This document shows, piece by piece, positions 43,564 to 51,267 of a stretch of DNA of 64,000 bases; position 1 is the first letter of the stretch, and every line of letters begins with the position of its first letter. Under the pieces are notes generated by a model. The model saw only the letters and a list, made by a program, of their open reading frames with translations. It searched no databases and had not been told where the DNA came from. Origin of the DNA: Thermodesulfobacteriota bacterium (GTDB lineage: Bacteria; Desulfobacterota_D; UBA1144; Nemesobacterales; UBA2774); contig OY729416.1 in the NCBI GenBank assembly GCA_963422265.1, forward strand, positions 1,568,001 to 1,632,000, read 5' to 3'. Both the position numbers and the translations under genes were made by a program.

Positions 43564-43579
43564 AAGAGGTGTGGGTTAA

Positions 43580-44011
43580 TTGTCCATAATTGAAGAGCCA
43601 GAGGGAATAAAAGATATTTTCAATAAGCGTGGACTCAGGTGTACGCCTCAAAGGCTAGCTGTGCTAAAGGTCCTTCACGATACTCAAGTTTACCTATCAA
43701 TAAGTGCTATTCATTCAAAGGTGAAGGAGATTCTTCCTTACACAGGACTCGCTACCGTTTACCGTTCCCTTGAAACTTTGGTCAGCTTAAGACTAGCTGT
43801 GAAAGTGCACCTTGATGATGGTTGTCACAGCTACGCGATAGCCCCACAGGGACACTGCCATCCGATATTATGCACGGAGTGTAATAGGGTGGTTGAATTT
43901 GCGGAATGCCCGCTTGAGGATTTGTCAAACAGAATATCGGAAAAAACAGGGGTTCAGATTGATACCCACTTTCTTCAATTATTTGGCAAATGCGAAGAAT
44001 GCCGAATCTAA
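43580..44011 (+). CDS. Fur-family metal-responsive repressor (Zur-like)
   Basis: TPQRLAVL, ATVYRSL, H.H..C..C, C-terminal C..C. Confidence 0.92.
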   Translation: MSIIEEPEGIKDIFNKRGLRCTPQRLAVLKVLHDTQVYLSISAIHSKVKEILPYTGLATVYRSLETLVSLRLAVKVHLDDGCHSYAIAPQGHCHPILCTECNRVVEFAECPLEDLSNRISEKTGVQIDTHFLQLFGKCEECRI

Positions 44012-44027
44012 GACGAGATAGAAAATA

Positions 44028-44750
44028 ATGTCGCATCTACACGTGCCAGATGGAGTACTGCCAAACTGGATAGTCCTTGCAAGCTGGATAATCACTATAT
44101 CAATCCTCGCTTTGTGCGTGCTCAGGGTAAGAAGAACGCATATGCTGAGGAAGATTCCACTCATAGGTATCATCTCGGCCATTATGGTCGCGTGTATGAT
44201 GCTACCAATTATACCGTTTGCGTATCATCTAAACTTGAGCGTAGTAGCAGGAATTATGTTAGGTCCATCCTTGGCTTTTATAGCAGTGTTTATAGTGGAC
44301 ATCATAATTGCGATGTTTGGTCATGGAGGCATTACCGTAGTTGGTCTTAACACTATAGTAGTGGGTGCAGAGGCGGTAATAGGTTACTACTTATTTCAGA
44401 TTGCTATGGCGATGCTAAAAAAACATTCAATAGCGTGGTCCTCTGGAATAGCAACTGTCTTGAGCTTGATGCTAAGCACTTCTTTACTTTTGGGTTTTTT
44501 GTATATTTCTCAGGTTGATGTGCAAATACTGTTTGAAGCTGATAAGGAAAGGGTATCCACAACAAGTTTTGAAGAGAAAGAGGTTTCAACGGCAGAGCAT
44601 AGCTCTAGTATAAACGTGCCCAAGTTCGCTAAGGTAGCTTTAATCCTGCTGTCTTTGGGATGGATATTAGAAGGGGTAATTACAGCATTAGTAATAAGGT
44701 ATGTATCAGGTGTAAGACCTGATCTACTTTTGCCTGACGCTGTCAAGTAG
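44028..44750 (+). CDS. ECF transporter substrate component, CbiM/NikM family
   Basis: HVPDGVL, HLNLSVVAGIMLGP, GHGGITVVGLN. Confidence 0.88.
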   Translation: MSHLHVPDGVLPNWIVLASWIITISILALCVLRVRRTHMLRKIPLIGIISAIMVACMMLPIIPFAYHLNLSVVAGIMLGPSLAFIAVFIVDIIIAMFGHGGITVVGLNTIVVGAEAVIGYYLFQIAMAMLKKHSIAWSSGIATVLSLMLSTSLLLGFLYISQVDVQILFEADKERVSTTSFEEKEVSTAEHSSSINVPKFAKVALILLSLGWILEGVITALVIRYVSGVRPDLLLPDAVK

Positions 44751-44760
44751 GAATGGGTCA

Positions 44761-45564
44761 GTGGACGTTACTTTAATAGATTATTACGCTAATCACGGAA
44801 CGAGTTTTCTGCATAGGGCAGGGGCTTACTCCAAAATACTGTTTGTGACCCTCCTGGTCGCTTCAGTGATTATCACAAGAGAATTCTATATGCTGCTAGG
44901 CATATATGTGACCCTGCTTATATTAGCTTTATGGACGAGATTGCCGTTGCTGAAAATCATTGCTATTTCAATTTACCCCACTGTTTTTACTTTATTGTTC
45001 GTCATTGCAAGCTGGGATGGAAGCTGGCTAAAGGCAGGCGTGGTAATGCTAAAAGCCTTATCCGCTGCGCTTACGATGGTAATTTTGATATCTACGACCC
45101 CATATCCCGACGTCTTTAACGTTATCCGGCCGCTTTTACCCGGAATAATTGCGGAAGGACTCTTCGTAGCCTACCGGTCTTTGTTTATTTTACTTAAATT
45201 GACGGATGATTTAGTAAAGGGTTTAAGTATTAGGGGAGGCTTAAAAAAAAGAAGATACGCAAACAATATTAAAAATTTTTCCTCAGGGATTAGCCTATTG
45301 CTAGTAAGGGGATTTGACATGTCAGAAAAACTCTATGGCGTAATGAATCTAAGGGGTTACAAAGGGGAAGCGCGCATGGTTAAACAAGACATTAAAGCAA
45401 GCGGCGGAGACTTAATACTCATTTCCATTGGAGTTTCGATTCTTGCCGCGTCTCTCGGAATCCGTATTGAGTCTGGTTTAGCGACTTATAGCACCCATCT
45501 TCTTGCTCTCTGCACTACTATATTAGCTACATCCGCTATTTATCTAATTCAGAGTGAGCTTTGA
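44761..45564 (+). CDS. ECF transporter T component (CbiQ-like)
   Basis: Membrane protein with xRG motifs (IRGG, LRGY), between the S and A components. Confidence 0.82.
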   Translation: MDVTLIDYYANHGTSFLHRAGAYSKILFVTLLVASVIITREFYMLLGIYVTLLILALWTRLPLLKIIAISIYPTVFTLLFVIASWDGSWLKAGVVMLKALSAALTMVILISTTPYPDVFNVIRPLLPGIIAEGLFVAYRSLFILLKLTDDLVKGLSIRGGLKKRRYANNIKNFSSGISLLLVRGFDMSEKLYGVMNLRGYKGEARMVKQDIKASGGDLILISIGVSILAASLGIRIESGLATYSTHLLALCTTILATSAIYLIQSEL

Positions 45565-46432
45565 GGTAACACTTTTGAAAGAGCTAGTAAGAGTAAAAAA
45601 CTTGAGTTTTACTTATCCAGATGGGATGAGACTGGCTTTCAGCGGCCATGACTTTACGGTGGCAAAAGGTGAGCGAGTAGTAATACTTGGTCCGAATGGA
45701 AGCGGTAAATCTACGCTGCTTTCTTTGTTGTTAGGATTGTCGAAAGCTTCCGATGGGGAAATTGAAGTGTTAGGGGTTAATCCAGCAAAGGACTATGAGA
45801 AGGTAAGGGAAAGGATTGGGGCATTACTACAAAACGTTGATCTTCAAATAATAGCGCCTAAGGTGTGGGACGACGTTTCGTTCTCACCTAGAAATTACGG
45901 TTATAAAGAGGAAGAGACTGCCAGATTGGTAGAAGGAATTTTACAAAAGCTAGATATTAAACATTTAAGGGACAAAGTTCCTCACTATCTAAGCGGTGGT
46001 GAAAAGGTTAAGGTGGCAATTGCGGGAGCGCTCGTCACAAAGCCAGAACTCCTTATACTAGACGAACCTTTTGAGCATATAGATCCCACCTGTAGAAGAG
46101 AACTTATCAATCTCTTAAATGCTGTGAATAAAGAGAATCAAACCGCTATATTGCTATCAACCCATAATATGAATACTGTGCCTCTTATAGCCGACACGGT
46201 TTACTTAATAGCGGAGGGAGGAGAAATAGTTAGTAGAAAAACGCCTAAGGAGATTTTCTCTCAAGCCGACATGCTATCAAAATGTCATGTTGAGCCTCCC
46301 GTCTTGGGCTTACTTTTTTCTGAACTGAGAAAATACGGTATTGACCTTGATGCGTCCCTTAGCGTTGAGCAAGCAGCTTGCACTATAGCGAATGAAGTGC
46401 TAATATCTAGAAAAGGATCGGGAGTAAGATGA
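45554..46432 (+). CDS. ECF transporter ATPase (CbiO-like)
   Basis: GPNGSGKST, LSGGEK, LILDEP. Confidence 0.9.
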   Translation: MSFEVTLLKELVRVKNLSFTYPDGMRLAFSGHDFTVAKGERVVILGPNGSGKSTLLSLLLGLSKASDGEIEVLGVNPAKDYEKVRERIGALLQNVDLQIIAPKVWDDVSFSPRNYGYKEEETARLVEGILQKLDIKHLRDKVPHYLSGGEKVKVAIAGALVTKPELLILDEPFEHIDPTCRRELINLLNAVNKENQTAILLSTHNMNTVPLIADTVYLIAEGGEIVSRKTPKEIFSQADMLSKCHVEPPVLGLLFSELRKYGIDLDASLSVEQAACTIANEVLISRKGSGVR

Positions 46433-46770
46433 AACCTATAAGAAAAGCTACTAAAAGCAGCTTGTCAAAAATTTTTATTTCGTGCTTAGCGGCGTTGTTT
46501 GTCCTTTCGCTAAGCTCACATAGCCACGCCGTCGGCATAGATATTGACGCATACGGATTAACGTCTCACGACCACGACGCAGCCCCTGGTCATTCTTCAG
46601 AGTATTGCTCGACCTGCCTGCTTCAGGGAAACCTGCAAATACCCCTTGTCGATGCAACCTTTAATGACGATTGCTCAGGGTCCTTAATAGCTTACATAGA
46701 CCTAGGATTTCTAATTCCCTGTTCATTTCTAACGCTTAATAAACCTTCCAGATCCCCTCCAATAGGGTAA
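46429..46770 (+). CDS. DUF2946/CruR-like small protein (signal/TM segment, His-rich, CxxC, C-terminal RSPP)
   Basis: Hydrophobic N-terminus then SHSH, HDHD..PGH, CSTC, PSRSPPIG*. Confidence 0.7.
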   Translation: MKPIRKATKSSLSKIFISCLAALFVLSLSSHSHAVGIDIDAYGLTSHDHDAAPGHSSEYCSTCLLQGNLQIPLVDATFNDDCSGSLIAYIDLGFLIPCSFLTLNKPSRSPPIG

Positions 46771-46879
46771 GTATATCCATTTACCCCATACTGCTTTCAT
46801 AGGAACGACTAGGACATAGTCGAAATAGTCTAGTCTGTACATATACTTGCCCAATCTCATATAAAATTGGAGGTAATAT

Positions 46880-48346
46880 ATGAATTACAAGAAAATTATT
46901 GTGGTTTTGTTGCTACTCTGCTTTCTTCTTCCACCTTTTGCGGTGAGAGAGGTTCGGGGGGAGGAGCGAGGTGAAGTAAAGACGGAGTTGAAAGACTTAA
47001 GAGAAATGATGGAAAAAATGCGAGAAAGGATAGAAGAACTCGAGAAACGCAACGGAGTTCTTGAACGGCAAGCTAAGCAAGAAGACGCCGTTACCGTGGA
47101 AGAGGGGGTGGATTTAGTGGCGGTAGAGGGTTCCACGACCACCATGGCTAAGGGTTTTCTAAGAGCGGCTTCAAATACGTTTAATCCCGACGTCAGCGTA
47201 ATAGGGACATTTACCCCCACTTGGTATTCGCTGGATGAGCCAGCCAAGCCATTAGCGGAAGTTGACCCACAGAATACCGGCGTAGCGCTTCCAGAAATAG
47301 AACTAGGACTTCAGGGAGTTGTGGATCCCTATTTCAGATACGATACTTTCCTGGTATTTGGTCCCCACGGAGTCGAGATTGAAGAGGCTTACGGGACTAC
47401 GCTGCTCAGCCTACCACTGAACTCTCAATTTCGTATTGGACGCTCAAGAGCTAAATTTGGAAGGATTAATCAGCTTCACAGACACAATCAGAATTTCGTC
47501 ACTCTTCCATTACCAGCCTCTCAGTTCTTAGGAGAGCATCTTAATCCTACAAGCGTAGAAGCGAATTTCTTAGTCCCAGCGCCATGGTTTCTCGAGCTAA
47601 GCGCCTCCGCTGGCAGCCCTGACGTTCATACACCCACGTTTGCGAGGGACGTAGATGGAAACAATATAAGTAAGCTGCTCTACAATTTCCACTTGGCCAA
47701 TTTTTTTGAGGTTTCAGAATCACTTGGAGTCAGCCTCGGAGGCTCATTCGCAACTGGCGCGAACAAACAAGAATTAGAGGGAGACGAGCCCTTTTTTGGA
47801 AGGTCTAAACTTTATGGGATTGACTTATTCGCAAAATATCGTCCATTGAAAAACAATCCGTATCAGGAGGTTACTCTTCAGTCAGAGTTTATCTATCTTG
47901 ACGCGGATAGGGCGCACGAGGCGCATGATGAGCCCGGGCATAAACACGAAGATGATCACGATGGGCACGAGGATGAAGTTCACGAAAGAAAACAAGAACG
48001 AATTAAGAACTGGGGCTGGTACTCACAGATGGTTTATAGGTTTGCCAAGAGATGGAACACGGGCTTTAGGTTTGGGATGATTGATACGGATACGCCAGTT
48101 GACGAAGAGGAACTACACGAGGACGGAGAAAACGGGCATGACGATGAACACGCCCACGGCGAAGGAACGCTAGGGTTATTGGGGAGGACCTATCGTCTAT
48201 CACCTATGCTGACTTTTAATCCGACTGAGTTTTCGAGAATAAGGCTGCAATACGATTATCTCAACCGAGACTTTTCGGAAAATCAGCACGCGGTCTTTCT
48301 GCAATTTCAGTACTCAATAGGCGCACATGGGGCGCATCCATTCTAA
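46880..48346 (+). CDS. Putative outer-membrane beta-barrel metal-uptake protein with His/acidic loops
   Basis: Signal peptide, coiled coil, NPDVSVIG, EFSRIRLQY, C-terminal GAHGAHPF. Confidence 0.75.
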   Translation: MNYKKIIVVLLLLCFLLPPFAVREVRGEERGEVKTELKDLREMMEKMRERIEELEKRNGVLERQAKQEDAVTVEEGVDLVAVEGSTTTMAKGFLRAASNTFNPDVSVIGTFTPTWYSLDEPAKPLAEVDPQNTGVALPEIELGLQGVVDPYFRYDTFLVFGPHGVEIEEAYGTTLLSLPLNSQFRIGRSRAKFGRINQLHRHNQNFVTLPLPASQFLGEHLNPTSVEANFLVPAPWFLELSASAGSPDVHTPTFARDVDGNNISKLLYNFHLANFFEVSESLGVSLGGSFATGANKQELEGDEPFFGRSKLYGIDLFAKYRPLKNNPYQEVTLQSEFIYLDADRAHEAHDEPGHKHEDDHDGHEDEVHERKQERIKNWGWYSQMVYRFAKRWNTGFRFGMIDTDTPVDEEELHEDGENGHDDEHAHGEGTLGLLGRTYRLSPMLTFNPTEFSRIRLQYDYLNRDFSENQHAVFLQFQYSIGAHGAHPF

Positions 48347-48377
48347 AACCAATTATAAAGAGGAGATAACTACTACT

Positions 48378-49364
48378 ATGAAAATACTTAAATTTATAAG
48401 ACAAGCTACAATAATGGTCGCTTTTGCTTTTATTTCTATATTTTTAGTGGTTCAAGGCGCATCGGCTCAAGTAAAAATAGTAACTTCAGTCCCCGACTTC
48501 GCCGCGATCGCTAAGCGCATAGGTGGTGAAAAGGTAGAGGTGGTCAGCCTAGCAAAGGGGTATCAGAATCCCCATTTCGTAGATGCGAAGCCGATTTTTA
48601 TAACAAAGCTGAACCAGTCAGACCTACTAATATACAACGGACTTGAACTTGAAATAGGATGGCTGCCTATACTCATTAATGGGGCTAGGAATTCGAATAT
48701 AGTATCCCCCAGCTCTTTGGGTAATTATAACGCCTCAACCTCCATTAACTCAATAGTTGAGGTGCCTACCTCCCCCGTTGATAGATCTATGGGCGACGTG
48801 CATCCCTCAGGAAATCCTCATTTCATGCTTGATCCAAGAAACGGCGTTCCCGTGGCACGGGAAATAATGACAAGACTGATACGAATAGATTCTGAAAATG
48901 CCGCGTTCTACGAAGAAAATTTTAACAGTTTCGCAAAGACCCTTAGGTTGAAAATAAGCCAATGGGAAACTGAACTAGCACCGTTTAAGGGGGCAAGTGT
49001 AGTTACGTATCACAAGGCTTGGGGCTACTTTCTGGGTTGGGCAGGCTTGAAAGAGGCGGGCGTTGTGGAGCCTAAACCCGGTATACCCCCAACGCCTTCG
49101 CACGTCGCTCAGCTTATACGGAGAATAGAGCAACGTCAGGACATAAAGCTCATTATAGCCACTAATTACTATCCTCGGAAAATCCCAGAAATAATCGCGC
49201 GGAAAGTGGGGGTGGACTTCCTTGCTCTACCTGCTTTCGTTGGAGGACGAGATGGCATACGCACATATATTGAGTTGTTTGACGTTCTTATAGGCGAAAT
49301 AACGTCCGCTCTTAAAAACAAAAAAGCTCATACGATTCAGAGCGCGCGATCGGAGGAGGAGTAA
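48378..49364 (+). CDS. Metal ABC transporter substrate-binding protein (ZnuA/TroA family)
   Basis: NPHF, GLELE, GDVHPSGNPH, YH, EPKPGIPPT. Confidence 0.9.
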   Translation: MKILKFIRQATIMVAFAFISIFLVVQGASAQVKIVTSVPDFAAIAKRIGGEKVEVVSLAKGYQNPHFVDAKPIFITKLNQSDLLIYNGLELEIGWLPILINGARNSNIVSPSSLGNYNASTSINSIVEVPTSPVDRSMGDVHPSGNPHFMLDPRNGVPVAREIMTRLIRIDSENAAFYEENFNSFAKTLRLKISQWETELAPFKGASVVTYHKAWGYFLGWAGLKEAGVVEPKPGIPPTPSHVAQLIRRIEQRQDIKLIIATNYYPRKIPEIIARKVGVDFLALPAFVGGRDGIRTYIELFDVLIGEITSALKNKKAHTIQSARSEEE

Positions 49365-49391
49365 AATCTATCGACTTGCAGAGAACTATTT

Positions 49392-50126
49392 ATGTCGTCC
49401 CGCCTAATTGAGCTTAGAGACGTAACGTTAGGATATGATAAGAGGTGGCTTTTAGGTCCCGTTAACCTTGCTGTAGAAAGAGGACAATTTTGGGTGATAC
49501 TAGGTCCTAACGGAAGTGGTAAGACTACGCTTCTTAAGACTATGCTTAATCTACTACCACCACTTGCGGGGAGAGTGACATCCGACAAAAATGGCGTAAC
49601 CTTCGGATACGTTCCCCAGTCTAAGGGCTTCGATCACATATTCCCCGTTTCCGTTTATGAAATAACGTCTATGGGAAGATACTGTCGCGTGCCTATGGGC
49701 AAAAGGCTGTCAAAAGAAGATAAAAAAATAATAGAGTCGTCGTTGGAGAGAGTGGATATCATCCACCTAAAAAATCGTGCCTTTAGGTCTCTTTCGGGTG
49801 GGGAAAAACAGCGTGCTTTACTTGCGCGCGCTATAGTTGGAGAACCAGACGTTCTGGTTCTCGACGAGCCTACCGCTTTTGTCGATATAAAGGGGGAGGG
49901 GCGAATGATGGAGCTTGTAAAGAATATTCAACCGGATAACAACCTCGCTGTTCTTATGGTGAGCCACTTTCTGGATGTGGCTTCCGGATTTGCGGATCAT
50001 ATTGTTTTAATGGATAAAGAGAACAATTTTTTTCAGGCAGGTGAAAAGAGTAAAGTTCTAGAAAGTAATAGTTTGGATAAATTATTTGGGGTAGAACAAG
50101 TAATGGATCGGGCTAGAAACGAATGA
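49392..50126 (+). CDS. Metal ABC transporter ATPase (ZnuC-like)
   Basis: GPNGSGKTT, GYVPQ, LSGGEKQR. Confidence 0.9.
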   Translation: MSSRLIELRDVTLGYDKRWLLGPVNLAVERGQFWVILGPNGSGKTTLLKTMLNLLPPLAGRVTSDKNGVTFGYVPQSKGFDHIFPVSVYEITSMGRYCRVPMGKRLSKEDKKIIESSLERVDIIHLKNRAFRSLSGGEKQRALLARAIVGEPDVLVLDEPTAFVDIKGEGRMMELVKNIQPDNNLAVLMVSHFLDVASGFADHIVLMDKENNFFQAGEKSKVLESNSLDKLFGVEQVMDRARNE

Positions 50127-51010
50127 CTCCTTTGGGAGAATTTATTAACGGCTATTTTCTATGGCGAGATCCAATGATAGTGGGAGCCGTGACTGGCGCT
50201 ATATGTGGATTCTTAGGCGTTTACGTGGCGCTTGCAAGAATGATTTTTGTAAGCGCTGCTCTCACTCAAATCTCAAGCTTCGGCGTCGCCTTGTCGTTTT
50301 ATCTTCAGCGGGTTGAGCTGGTGTTATTTTCTTCCCTAGTCGGGCCGTTTGCTCTATCTTTAATTCTGACCGTAATCGCCGCCGGATTTTTTGCGTTAAA
50401 AAGGGAATTTTCACGTATAAGTAACGAAGGAGTCATCGCTTTTGGATTTCTAACGGCGTCGGGAGCAGTAATCGTTCTTGGAGACAGAATAGCGAGGGGA
50501 GCGCATGAAGTAGCTTCAATCCTTTTTGGCAGCGCCGTAGTCGTAGCTCCTATGGACATTTACATAGTTCCCGGGGTCGCCGCTATAGCTTTTATTATTC
50601 ACCTAGTGTGCTTTAAGGATTTTATCTTCGTATCGTTTGACGTAGAGTCCGCTAGGCTGTTTAGATACCCAATTAGATTGCTCAATGCCCTATTGCTAAG
50701 CAGTATAGCGGTCGTCGTAGCAGTAGCCACAAGGGCGTTAGGGGCTCTACCGGTCTTTGCTTTGCTTACCCTACCAGCCCTAACGTCGCTTTATTTAAGC
50801 GAGAGATTAAAACTCGTATTCTTACTCTCAGTGATAATAGGCGTTCTATCAGCAATTTTGGGCTACTTCTTTTCATTCATATTATCAATCCCAACTGGGG
50901 CGTCAATAACATTATGCGCTTCCTTATTTTTTGTTGTAGGACTTGTATGGCGTGAGGCAGGTATGGGCTCTAAGCCTTTAGGAACTGACTACCTGTTCAA
51001 GTGGAATTGA
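50123..51010 (+). CDS. Metal ABC transporter permease (ZnuB-like)
   Basis: LGVYV, ILFGS, SFD..A, multiple TM helices. Confidence 0.88.
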   Translation: MTPLGEFINGYFLWRDPMIVGAVTGAICGFLGVYVALARMIFVSAALTQISSFGVALSFYLQRVELVLFSSLVGPFALSLILTVIAAGFFALKREFSRISNEGVIAFGFLTASGAVIVLGDRIARGAHEVASILFGSAVVVAPMDIYIVPGVAAIAFIIHLVCFKDFIFVSFDVESARLFRYPIRLLNALLLSSIAVVVAVATRALGALPVFALLTLPALTSLYLSERLKLVFLLSVIIGVLSAILGYFFSFILSIPTGASITLCASLFFVVGLVWREAGMGSKPLGTDYLFKWN

Positions 51011-51244
51011 TTCATCGATAAGTAGAATTGGTATATCACTCCTGATTGGGTATAGATACTTTCTATTTTCTTTTTGAATTAGCCCGCCGTCTATCCTATC
51101 CGTAACCTTCTGCTTAGCCCTATTCGTTAGCTCTCCACCGTCTATCATATCGTTTATCTTCTCAACGACGTCAGGTTCAGCTAAAACCAGGTCCTGCTTA
51201 GTCTCGGGACATGCAATAATGTCTAGCAGCGCTTGATCTATCAT
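50978..51244 (-). CDS. Trm112-like protein
   Basis: LLDIIACPETK...YPIRSDIPILL. Confidence 0.85.
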   Translation of the reverse strand: MIDQALLDIIACPETKQDLVLAEPDVVEKINDMIDGGELTNRAKQKVTDRIDGGLIQKENRKYLYPIRSDIPILLIDESIPLEQVVSS

Positions 51245-51267
51245 TTAATTACCGCCAAAGCTGAAAA

